Assembly: GCA_036260105.1 (NCBI GenBank)
Contig: DATAAN010000072.1
Coordinates: forward strand, 1 to 36,252
DNA from: Actinomycetota bacterium
GTDB taxonomy: Bacteria > Actinomycetota > CADDZG01 > JAHWKV01
Length of the DNA stretch: 36,252 bases
Direction of reading: 5' to 3'
Below, piece by piece: positions 18,812 to 27,072 of the stretch. How positions within the stretch are numbered: position 1 is the first letter of the stretch; each line of letters opens with the position of its first letter. The position numbers and the translations under genes are program-made. A model generated the notes under the pieces. That model was given only the letters and a program-made list of their open reading frames with translations, was not told the origin of the DNA and ran no database searches.

Positions 18812-19594
18812 TCAGGGCAGCCATCGGCCCTCGGCCGCGGCGGCAACTCTGCCGCCCACCCGCACGTCTCCCTCGACCGCGGAAACCTGGATGCGGCAGG
18901 CCCGCCCGATCTCGTCCCCCTGACGGATCGTGACGCCGGCGTTGGTGGCCCACAGGCGGCGTGCCAGCAGGCCGATCGGACCGGCCGCGGATCCCGTTCC
19001 CGGGTCCTCCGCGATGCCTGCCGACGGGACGAAGACCCTGACGTGGAGAAGTGAGTCGTCGACCCGCCGGAAAGGGCACAGGCTGATGCCTCCCGCCCGA
19101 GCCGCCAGCCGTGCTACGGCCGCCAGGTCCGGGCTCAGCTCGCCGAGCTGGGCCGACGTGGGGATCAACACATGGCGGGTGCCGCCTGCTTCGGAGAGCC
19201 ACGCGCCCTCGATACCCGGAAGCCCGAGCGCCGCCGCCATACCCTGGGGATCTACCTCGGTCAAGACGGGGTCCGGCTGTGTCATGACGGCGCCTTCCGC
19301 CGTGGCCTCTACCGTCACCGTAGCTCCGGAGGTTACCTGGGTCCACCGGCCGTTGCCCAGGACCCACGCGGTGCCGATGGAGGGATGCCCGGCGAAGGGC
19401 AGCTCGCCGGCAGGGGTGAAGATTCGCATCCGGTACTCCTGGTCGGCCGTGACGACCGGGAAGGTGCTCTCGCTCAGGTTGGCCTCCCGGGCGATCAGCG
19501 GCATCAACTCTTCCGGACAGGGATCCAGGACCACGCAGAGGCCGTTCCCCCGGAACGGCCGGTCTGTGAACACGTCGACGATGCGGTAGCGCAA
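18812..19594 (-). CDS. PhzF-family isomerase-like protein
   Basis: (M)RYRIVDVFTDRPFRGNGLCVV is the canonical PhzF N-terminus. I prefer the TTG at 19594, which has GGAGG 6 nt upstream and lies 1 nt after the upstream gene's TGA. The track ORF extends to 19663. Confidence 0.85.
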   Translation of the reverse strand: MRYRIVDVFTDRPFRGNGLCVVLDPCPEELMPLIAREANLSESTFPVVTADQEYRMRIFTPAGELPFAGHPSIGTAWVLGNGRWTQVTSGATVTVEATAEGAVMTQPDPVLTEVDPQGMAAALGLPGIEGAWLSEAGGTRHVLIPTSAQLGELSPDLAAVARLAARAGGISLCPFRRVDDSLLHVRVFVPSAGIAEDPGTGSAAGPIGLLARRLWATNAGVTIRQGDEIGRACRIQVSAVEGDVRVGGRVAAAAEGRWLP

Positions 19595-19595
19595 C

Positions 19596-20123
19596 TCAGA
19601 CCTCCAGGTCGATGAGGAACTCGGCGAAGCCCCGGTCGGCCATCGAGGGGTCCCTCCGGTCACTGGTCGACAGCACGTCGACCGCGGCTTGTTGCCGTAT
19701 GGGTATCGCGAGATACACAGTCACCGGCTGGTAGACGAGGTGGATGCCTCGGATGCGCCTCACGGTGCCCCTCCACTCCAAGCCCGCGGCATGCGAGAGC
19801 TCGGGGTGGGCGTGAGCGTCGAGCCAGAGCCTGCCGTGGACCCGAACCGGCCCGGGAGGCACGGGGTTCGGGACTATGACCCGGTAGCCGCCGAGGTCCA
19901 CGATCGCCGCTTTGGTATGCAGCGTCGCGGAGGCAGCAGTGCCCTCGAGGTCGACAACCCCAAGGGACAGAACGTCATCCGGCACGGGTTCGGGCGAGTG
20001 CTTCGCCCACCACGGCTCGGGCGGCCTGAGCCCGACCAGTGAGGCCTCCCACGGCTCACCCACGTTCGCGTCGGGCTGGCAGCACTCCAGCTCGAACGCC
20101 GAGACCCAGATGGGGACCTGCAT
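19596..20123 (-). CDS. hypothetical protein with an N-terminal W..F.L.CC motif
   Basis: A 175-aa ORF with ordinary composition, translationally coupled to the PhzF-like gene. From memory the N-terminus (IWVSAFELECCQP) resembles an actinobacterial DUF family with a W-x-x-CC-G-x-P motif. This is unverified. Confidence 0.65.
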   Translation of the reverse strand: MQVPIWVSAFELECCQPDANVGEPWEASLVGLRPPEPWWAKHSPEPVPDDVLSLGVVDLEGTAASATLHTKAAIVDLGGYRVIVPNPVPPGPVRVHGRLWLDAHAHPELSHAAGLEWRGTVRRIRGIHLVYQPVTVYLAIPIRQQAAVDVLSTSDRRDPSMADRGFAEFLIDLEV

Positions 20124-20171
20124 ATCGTCCCGAGGATAAGGCCGGGAGCGTAGCGGCGTTACGCTTCCGGC

Positions 20172-20462
20172 ATGTCCGGCGTTTCGAAGGGTCGCGTGAG
20201 GGCGGTCGTATCGGTCTCCGGTCGGGTACAGGGCGTGTTCTTCCGGCAGGAGACCGCTCGGGCGGCACGCCGTGCGGGAGTGGCCGGCTGGGTGCGCAAC
20301 CTACCGGACGGGCGAGTCGAGGCCGCCTTCGAGGGTGGCCGGTCGGAGGTGGACGCCATGGTGCGCTGGGTGCACAACGGCCCGCCACTGGCCGCAGTGG
20401 AGGAGGTGCACGTCGACTGGGAGGAGCCCGTGGGGGAGAGCGGCTTCGCTATCAGGGCGTGA
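20172..20462 (+). CDS. acyP: acylphosphatase
   Basis: VSGRVQGVFFRQ plus GWVRNLPDGRVEA in a protein of about 95 aa. Confidence 0.9.
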   Translation: MSGVSKGRVRAVVSVSGRVQGVFFRQETARAARRAGVAGWVRNLPDGRVEAAFEGGRSEVDAMVRWVHNGPPLAAVEEVHVDWEEPVGESGFAIRA

Positions 20463-20642
20463 GGCTCCCATGCCGCGTCCCGGCCCGGCCCGGGGCTCGA
20501 TTTCGGATGGCCCGATCGCACTTCGTCCCAGCCGTTCGTTACACAATATTGGGTACATTAGGTTTGCGGCCGGTAGTGGAACGAGCGGTCATCGTAGCTG
20601 CGCCGCAACTCAGCTAAGCTGCGACGAAGCTACGGAGGCTGC

Positions 20643-21995
20643 ATGGCGGTCGAGTTCAGCAGGATCAACGACCGATTCGAGATCGAGTCGCTCATCGCTC
20701 GGGGCGGGATGGCCGCCGTCTACAAGGGAACCGACCTCACGCTCGGCCGGACGGTCGCCATCAAGATCCTCTCCGAGGAGCTTGCCTCCGACCCCAGCTT
20801 CGTCGCCCGCTTCCGCCTCGAGGCACAGGCTGCCGCATCCCTTGCCCACCCCAACATCGTCGCGGTGTACGACACGGGATCCGACGGCGACATCCATTAC
20901 ATAGTGATGGAGTACCTGGAGGGGCGGACGCTCCACCAGATACTCAACGAGGACGGACCGCTGCCACCCGAGCGCGCAGCCGAGATCGGGGCAGAGGTTG
21001 CCCATGCGCTGGCCGAGGCGCACGAGAAGGGGATTGTTCACCGCGACGTGAAGCCCGGCAACATCATGATCGGCCGTACCGGCATGGCCAAGGTCATGGA
21101 CTTCGGCATAGCCAAGGCAGCGACCGCCGGCGCGCTGACGCAGGTCGGCTCCATCCTGGGGACTGTGGCCTACCTGTCGCCCGAGCAGGCCAGAGGCGAC
21201 AAGGTGGACGGCCGCTCCGACATCTACTCGCTGGGGTCGCTCCTCTACCAGATGGTGACGGGCAAGCTGCCGATCCGGGGCGACACCTACGTGGAGATGG
21301 TGCAGAAGCTCAACTCGGAGGCTCCACCGCCCCCTTCGACCCTGAACCCCGACGTCCCGCCCACGCTCGACGCGGTGATCATGAAGGCGCTGGCCAAGGA
21401 ACCTGCGGACCGGTACCAGACCGGCACCGAGATGGCGGCGGACCTGATGGCGATCTCGCAGGGAAGCCCTGTCCTTGCGACGGCGGCTTATGTACCCTTC
21501 GCCGACGAGGCGCAGAGGACCATGGTGGCGCCTGCGCCCAAGACTCAGCGATACGAGCCAACCCAGGTGATTGCGGCACCACCCCGCCCCACCCGGCCGC
21601 CGGCCGACAACACCGGAAAGACGCTCGTCGGTATCGCCGTGATAATCGCACTGCTTGCGATCGCCTTCGTGATGTTCAACAGCATGGGTCAGACCACGAC
21701 GACGAACCCCACGCCGAGCCCCCTCAGCACCACCCAGGCGCCCGCGCCGGCACCCCAACCGGTGAGGCCGGCACCCCAGCCGGTGCGGCCGCCTCCTCCT
21801 CCGCCTGAGCCGCCTCCTCCTCCGCCCGAGCCGCCTCCCGCGCCGGTGGAGCCGCCTCCCGCTCCGCCGGAGCCTCCTGCGGTTCCGCCGGACCCGCCCC
21901 CGGCTCCCGCGCCGGCGCCGGTCCCCGTTCCGGTGCCACCGCCGGCCGCCCTGGACGGCGCGCCCGGCCGGTCCGGTGAGGCAGGGCCGGGCTGA
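20643..21995 (+). CDS. Hanks-type Ser/Thr protein kinase, single TM, Pro-rich extracytoplasmic tail
   Basis: GGMAAVYKG (Gly loop), VAIKIL (Lys), HRDVKPGNIM (catalytic loop), DFG, YLSPEQ (APE-like). The TM helix is LVGIAVIIALLAIAFVMF. The tail has no PASTA domains. Confidence 0.9.
   Translation: MAVEFSRINDRFEIESLIARGGMAAVYKGTDLTLGRTVAIKILSEELASDPSFVARFRLEAQAAASLAHPNIVAVYDTGSDGDIHYIVMEYLEGRTLHQILNEDGPLPPERAAEIGAEVAHALAEAHEKGIVHRDVKPGNIMIGRTGMAKVMDFGIAKAATAGALTQVGSILGTVAYLSPEQARGDKVDGRSDIYSLGSLLYQMVTGKLPIRGDTYVEMVQKLNSEAPPPPSTLNPDVPPTLDAVIMKALAKEPADRYQTGTEMAADLMAISQGSPVLATAAYVPFADEAQRTMVAPAPKTQRYEPTQVIAAPPRPTRPPADNTGKTLVGIAVIIALLAIAFVMFNSMGQTTTTNPTPSPLSTTQAPAPAPQPVRPAPQPVRPPPPPPEPPPPPPEPPPAPVEPPPAPPEPPAVPPDPPPAPAPAPVPVPVPPPAALDGAPGRSGEAGPG
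21750..21893 (+). repeat. in-frame 21-nt (7-codon) tandem repeats encoding APQPVRP x2 and PPPPPPE-like x5
   Basis: GCACCCCA[A/G]CCGGTG[A/C]GGCCG occurs twice (21750-21791). CCGCCTCCTCCTCCGCC[T/C]GAG occurs twice, followed by three degenerate units (21789-21893). Confidence 0.7.
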
Positions 21996-22210
21996 GCGCC
22001 GCACCGGCGAGCCGCAGAAAAAGTCGATAAGGGGAAGATCGGCGCCCCCTAAAGCGTTGAACCTGAGGAGTGAGGGTGGGTTTCGCGCCGGTAAGGTGCC
22101 TATAGAAGTGCCCTAACTTAGCTGCTAAGCTGGATTGGCGGGTACTCATAGGCGCTTTTTCCAGATACGCTCCAAGCGCAACCTTTTATCCCCGGAAAGG
22201 GTATCCAATC

Positions 22211-23641
22211 ATGGCGATAGAACAGTTCGATCCGGTTCTCGCGGAAAACGAGGCAGTCCGGAAGATCCAGGAGAGCTACAAGTACGGCTGGCACGACGCC
22301 ACTTCGTACGACGAGGCTCCGTCGCGCGGTCTATCGCACGAAGTCATCGACATGATCTCGGACCGCAAGAACGAGCCGGACTGGATGCGCAAGAACCGCC
22401 ACAAGGCGCTCGAGTACTTCTACCGCCGCCCGATGCCCACCTGGGGAGCCGATCTGTCGGCCATCGACTTCGACAGCATCTACTACTACATCAAGCCCAC
22501 GAACAAGGTGAAGAGCTGGGACGACATGCCGGCCAACATCCGGGAGACGTGGGACAAGCTGGGCATCCCGGAGGCGGAGAAGAACTTCCTCGGCGGCGTC
22601 ACCGCCCAGTACGAGTCCGAGGTCGTGTACCACTCCACCCAGAAGCACCTGGAGGAGATGGGCGTGATCTTCACCGACATGGACTCCGCGCTCCGTGAGC
22701 ACCCCGACCTGGTCAAGGAGTACTTCGGAACGATCATCCCGGCCAACGACAACAAGTTCGCCGCCCTCAACACCGCAGTGTGGTCGGGTGGGTCGTTCAT
22801 CTGGGTCCCGAAAGGCGTCTCGGTGGAGGTTCCGCTCCAGGCCTACTTCCGGATCAACCAGGAGAACATGGGCCAGTTCGAGCGGACGCTGATCATCTGC
22901 GAGGACGAGTCCTGGGTCCACTACGTGGAGGGATGCTCGGCGCCGGTCTACTCCAGCGACTCCCTGCACTCGGCCGTCGTCGAAATCGTGGTCAAGGACA
23001 AGGCGCGCTGCCGCTACACCACCATCCAGAACTGGTCGAACAACGTGTACAACCTGGTCACCAAGCGGGCGGTTGCCTACAAGGACGCCACCATGGAGTG
23101 GATCGACGGCAACCTCGGCTCCAAAGTCACCATGAAATACCCGGCGGTGATCCTGAAGGGCGAAGGCGCCAAGGCCGAGATCCTCTCCGTGGCCTACGCC
23201 GGCACCGGCATGCACCTGGACGCCGGCGCCAAGGTGACCCACGTCGCCCCCAACACACAGTCGACAATCGTCTCCAAGTCCATCTCGAAGGACGGGGGCC
23301 GGGCCGGCTACCGTGGTCTGGTCCGCATCGACGACGGGGCGACCAACGCCCGCTCCACCGTCCGCTGCGATGCCCTCATCCTGGACGAGGACTCACGTTC
23401 GGACACCTACCCCTACAACGAGATCGAAGAGGAGACGGGGTCGGTCGGCCACGAGGCGACGGTGTCGAAGGTGGGGGACGAGCAGCTGTTCTACCTGCAG
23501 AGCCGCGGCATCGACGAGACGGAGGCCATGAGTCTCATCGTCCGAGGCTTCATCGAGCCGATCACCAAGGAGCTCCCACTCGAGTACTCGGTTGAGCTCA
23601 ACCGGCTGATTCAACTTCAGATGGAGGGGTCCATAGGCTAG
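22211..23641 (+). CDS. sufB: Fe-S cluster assembly scaffold protein SufB
   Basis: A typical SufB sequence throughout ([61 protein letters not shown]). Confidence 0.95.
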   Translation: MAIEQFDPVLAENEAVRKIQESYKYGWHDATSYDEAPSRGLSHEVIDMISDRKNEPDWMRKNRHKALEYFYRRPMPTWGADLSAIDFDSIYYYIKPTNKVKSWDDMPANIRETWDKLGIPEAEKNFLGGVTAQYESEVVYHSTQKHLEEMGVIFTDMDSALREHPDLVKEYFGTIIPANDNKFAALNTAVWSGGSFIWVPKGVSVEVPLQAYFRINQENMGQFERTLIICEDESWVHYVEGCSAPVYSSDSLHSAVVEIVVKDKARCRYTTIQNWSNNVYNLVTKRAVAYKDATMEWIDGNLGSKVTMKYPAVILKGEGAKAEILSVAYAGTGMHLDAGAKVTHVAPNTQSTIVSKSISKDGGRAGYRGLVRIDDGATNARSTVRCDALILDEDSRSDTYPYNEIEEETGSVGHEATVSKVGDEQLFYLQSRGIDETEAMSLIVRGFIEPITKELPLEYSVELNRLIQLQMEGSIG

Positions 23642-23831
23642 GCAGTCTCCCGCAGCACCTTCCGCCCGCCCCGGCGCCAGAGCGCCGATCGGGGTGTCAG
23701 CCGGAAGTTGGTGGTAAACAAGCGCGACAGGCGCACCCAGGTCTTTAGCTCCCTCAATGGGACTTGACCCGTCAACCGAAGGCGGTCGAGCTGCGGTGTC
23801 CGCAGTCGCTGGGAATTCGACTCGAGGTTTC

Positions 23832-25121
23832 ATGGCATTCAACCGCAATGACGTAGAGGCTCTCAGCGCTTCGCTCGGCGAGCCTGACTGGGTTCTGGAG
23901 CGCCGGCTCGAGGCGTGGGACTGGTTCGAGAAGATGGACCTGCCCGGCGAGAAGGAGGAGCCCTGGCGCTACACCAACCTCGCCCGCCTGAAGTTCAAGC
24001 TGGACGACTTCTTTCCGCTTGCGGCGATCGATGCCGGCTCGGCGCCGGTAGGCGATGCGGCGGTGGAACACTCTCCCGGCCGTAGCGGTGAAGGAAGCCA
24101 GATCGGCGGGTCGGTCAGCGTTGCGCTTCGGGACTTGGAGCTCGAGTCGGCCGGCGTGATCTTCACCGACATTCACACTGCAATCCAAAAGTATCCGGAG
24201 CTGGTCCGGCCTCATCTGTTCTCCCAGTTCGATGCCGGAGCTCACCTTTTCAGCGCCCTGCACGGAGCGCTTTTCGGCGGAGGCGCCTTCCTTTACGTGC
24301 CGCGGGGCAGAACGGTTGCTCTTCCGGTCGAGTACGCCTGCTGCCTGGAGGGGACGGGAAGCGCGGTATTTCCTCACTCACTGATAGTCGTGGAGGAGAA
24401 CGCTGAGGTGTGCTTCCTGGAGCGCTACCGCTCGTCGGGCAAAGGTCCGGGACTATCGGACTCGGCCATCGAGGTGGTCGCCGGCCAGGCGTCCCGCGTC
24501 TTCGTAGGGTCGGTCCAGGACTACGGCAAGGGCGTGTGGCACTTCCAGAACCAGCGCTTCACCACCGCCCGGGATGCCAACTTCAAGTCGCTCGTCGTAA
24601 CGGTCGGCGCCTCGTTCTCCCGCACCGAGTCCACGACGGAGATCCACGGCGAGGGCAACAGCGTCGACATGATGGGCATCTACGTCGCCGGTGAGGGACA
24701 GCACTTCGACTTTCGCACCCTGCAGGACCACGCGGCGCCGCACTCGACGTCCGATCTGCTCTACAAGGGGGCCCTGCGCGACAACGCCCGGACTGTGTAC
24801 TCCGGGCAGATCCGGGTCCGGCCCGAGGGACGGGAGACCGACGCCTACCAGACCAACCGAAACCTCATCCTCTCCGACAACGCCATGGCGAACTCGAAGC
24901 CGGAGCTGGAGATCGAGAACAACGACGTCCGGTGCAGCCACGCGGCGTCGGTCGGCCAGATGGATCAGAGCGAGATCTTCTACCTGCAGAGCCGGGGCAT
25001 CGACCGGGTCTCAGCCGAGAGGCTGATCGTCCGCGGCTTCCTGGAGGAAGTCCTGGGCAAGGTCGGCCGCAAGGACGTTCAGGAGATGGTCGAGTCGCTG
25101 CTAGAGGAGAAGCTGGCCTAG
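23832..25121 (+). CDS. sufD: Fe-S cluster assembly protein SufD
   Basis: The SufD beta-helix C-terminus is present ([60 protein letters not shown]). ATG 23832 has GAGG 5-6 nt upstream. The track extension from 23757 has low third-position G/C. Confidence 0.9.
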   Translation: MAFNRNDVEALSASLGEPDWVLERRLEAWDWFEKMDLPGEKEEPWRYTNLARLKFKLDDFFPLAAIDAGSAPVGDAAVEHSPGRSGEGSQIGGSVSVALRDLELESAGVIFTDIHTAIQKYPELVRPHLFSQFDAGAHLFSALHGALFGGGAFLYVPRGRTVALPVEYACCLEGTGSAVFPHSLIVVEENAEVCFLERYRSSGKGPGLSDSAIEVVAGQASRVFVGSVQDYGKGVWHFQNQRFTTARDANFKSLVVTVGASFSRTESTTEIHGEGNSVDMMGIYVAGEGQHFDFRTLQDHAAPHSTSDLLYKGALRDNARTVYSGQIRVRPEGRETDAYQTNRNLILSDNAMANSKPELEIENNDVRCSHAASVGQMDQSEIFYLQSRGIDRVSAERLIVRGFLEEVLGKVGRKDVQEMVESLLEEKLA

Positions 25122-25448
25122 ATGGGGGAGTGGGTCAAGGTGGCGGCGGTCAGGGACGTGAAGCCGGGAAGCGTCGTGCAGGTGGAGGTCGACGGCGAGC
25201 CCGTTGCGCTCGCTAACATCGGGGACGAATTCCTTGCCACAACGGACATCTGCTCACACGATTACGTGCTGCTCCACGACGGGTGGCTGGAGGACGACGA
25301 GATCGAGTGCCCGCAGCACGGGTCAAGGTTCAACATGCGCACCGGAGAGGTCCTGAACCCGCCCGCCACCCAGCCGATAGCCCCTTACGAGACCAGAGTT
25401 GAGGGCGACGACGTCTACGTCCGCGGACCATTGGAGATTTCAAAATGA
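25122..25448 (+). CDS. Rieske-type [2Fe-2S] ferredoxin (suf-operon associated)
   Basis: The Rieske ligand motif CSHD...(17 residues)...CPQHGSRF is present. The ATG abuts the sufD stop, and an ATGA overlap joins it to sufC. Confidence 0.9.
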   Translation: MGEWVKVAAVRDVKPGSVVQVEVDGEPVALANIGDEFLATTDICSHDYVLLHDGWLEDDEIECPQHGSRFNMRTGEVLNPPATQPIAPYETRVEGDDVYVRGPLEISK

Positions 25449-26242
25449 GTGAACCACTGCTTCTGATCGAGAACCTGAGCGTTGCCGTCGGAGAAGGCGA
25501 CGACGCCAAGCAGATCCTGCGAGGGGTCGACCTGAAGATCTTCCCCGGCGAGATTCACGCCATCATGGGGCCCAACGGCTCGGGTAAGTCCACACTCGCC
25601 AGTGCTCTGATGGGCAAGCCGGGTTACGAGGTGACCGGCGGGCGGATCGTGTACAAGGGCGAGGACCTGGCCGACCTTTCTCCGGACGAGCGGGCCCGCC
25701 GGCGTATCTTCCTGGCGTTCCAGTACCCGACCGAGATTCCAGGCGTCTCCGTCGTCAACTTCCTTCGCACCGCCTACAACGCAGTTCACGCCGACAAGCA
25801 GCTCGGTCCCCTGGAGTTCCGCAAGTACCTGCAGACCAAGATGGACATGCTGGACGTCCCGGATTCCATGATCAACCGCTACGTGAACGCCGGCTTCTCG
25901 GGTGGCGAGCGCAAGCGGGCCGAGGTCCTCCAGATGGCCGTCCTCGACCCGGATCTCGCTGTCCTGGACGAGACGGACACCGGCCTGGACATCGACGCCC
26001 TGAAAGAGGTCTCCGCCGGCGTCCTGAAGGTCCACAACGAGCGCCGCGGCATGCTGGTCATCACGCACTACCAGCGGCTTCTGAACTACATCGAGCCTGG
26101 ATTCATCCACGTCCTGATCAACGGCCGGATCGTCCGGTCGGGGGGCAAGGATTTGGCACTCGACCTGGAGGCGAAGGGGTACGACCAGTTCCGATCGGAG
26201 CTGGGCATTCCCGCCGGCGAAGACCTGAGCGACGAGGTCTAG
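25445..26242 (+). CDS. sufC: Fe-S cluster assembly ATPase SufC
   Basis: Walker A GPNGSGKST, the ABC signature FSGGERKR, Walker B AVLDETDTGLD, and the H-loop ITHY. Confidence 0.95.
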   Translation: MSEPLLLIENLSVAVGEGDDAKQILRGVDLKIFPGEIHAIMGPNGSGKSTLASALMGKPGYEVTGGRIVYKGEDLADLSPDERARRRIFLAFQYPTEIPGVSVVNFLRTAYNAVHADKQLGPLEFRKYLQTKMDMLDVPDSMINRYVNAGFSGGERKRAEVLQMAVLDPDLAVLDETDTGLDIDALKEVSAGVLKVHNERRGMLVITHYQRLLNYIEPGFIHVLINGRIVRSGGKDLALDLEAKGYDQFRSELGIPAGEDLSDEV

Positions 26243-26244
26243 GC

Positions 26245-26832
26245 TCAGCGCCTCCAGCGGAGCAGCCGGTTGACCTCCTGGGTCAGCACCGGTTCGAGGG
26301 ACCGAATTTCCAGCTGAGCTGCCGCCTCCGGCACTGTCACGCTGTGGGTTACGACTGCGTCGGTCAGGATCTCTGCGGCCGCGTCCAGCTCGCCGGGCCA
26401 CACAGCGGTCATCCCGACCTCGGTGAGGGAGTCGTGCCAGTCGTTCAAGAAGGACAGCGTTTCGAGGAGCTTCTGTGCCTGCCCTTCGGTGGCGAGCATC
26501 CGGCCTCCGGCGATCCACAACCCAGACTGCTCCACCGGGGTCCGGGGGAACCGGGCCGGCTCCAGGCCCTGAGAGCTCAGAGCCGACAAGACCTCCAGGG
26601 CGATGTGGACGTCGCTCGGGACGCCGGTGTGCGGGCCGCGGATAAAGCGCTCCACCGACTCGACGTCGCAGAACAGGCACGTCTCCCGGTCGGCGGTGAG
26701 GACTCTGTCCTCGCCGTCGGAGCGGTGATAGGTGAACAGGTAGACGGTGTTCCGTGGGCCCAGGTCTACCGCCGACGGCCAGATGCCCGCCGCTTCCACG
26801 GCCACCTGCCAGGTCGTCGAGTAGATGTCCAC
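26245..26832 (-). CDS. hypothetical protein (195 aa)
   Basis: Protein-like composition, whereas the Arg/Gly-rich plus-strand alternative (26344..26865) is not. The GTG start has a poorly spaced SD, so the start is uncertain. No motif was recognised. Confidence 0.55.
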   Translation of the reverse strand: MDIYSTTWQVAVEAAGIWPSAVDLGPRNTVYLFTYHRSDGEDRVLTADRETCLFCDVESVERFIRGPHTGVPSDVHIALEVLSALSSQGLEPARFPRTPVEQSGLWIAGGRMLATEGQAQKLLETLSFLNDWHDSLTEVGMTAVWPGELDAAAEILTDAVVTHSVTVPEAAAQLEIRSLEPVLTQEVNRLLRWRR

Positions 26833-26992
26833 GCCTCAGTATCGGCATCTTCGAACCGGCGTTAAGGCAGATTTCTCCAACGTCCGAGGCTTCGGTCACC
26901 AAGCCGTAAGAAGGGGAGGAGCCGAATAAGTAACCGGGAGTTGGTGGAAGAATTGGCAGGTACCCCCACGGCGTGCGAGATAGGAGGTTTCG

Positions 26993-27070
26993 GTGAAAAG
27001 GCACCTGCTCACCACCCGCATGTTGCACCGGAAGCGCTTCCAGGTGCTCCACCTCCCCCTGGGACCATAG
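26993..27070 (+). CDS. candidate upstream ORF / leader peptide of egtA (MKRHLLTTRMLHRKRFQVLHLPLGP)
   Basis: AGGAGG at 26982-26987, a 5-nt spacer, then GTG. Of 25 codons, 22 end in G/C. The TAG stop lies 2 nt before the in-frame TTG of egtA at 27073. Confidence 0.4.
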   Translation: MKRHLLTTRMLHRKRFQVLHLPLGP

Positions 27071-27072
27071 CT

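Noticed and set aside
20610-22004. A 464-aa minus-strand ORF antisense to the Ser/Thr kinase.
   Set aside because: It has extreme Arg/Gly/His composition (RRRRRLRRRRRR runs) and no motifs. The plus strand carries every Hanks kinase motif. This is a typical high-GC shadow ORF.
25122-25448. The Rieske ferredoxin inside the suf operon as a novelty.
   Set aside because: A Rieske-type gene between sufD and sufC is, to my knowledge, a regular feature of actinobacterial suf operons.
25415-27052. A 545-aa minus-strand ORF spanning sufC and the orphan.
   Set aside because: Arg/Gly/Pro-rich and antisense to an unambiguous SufC. It is also out of frame with the better 195-aa minus-strand ORF.
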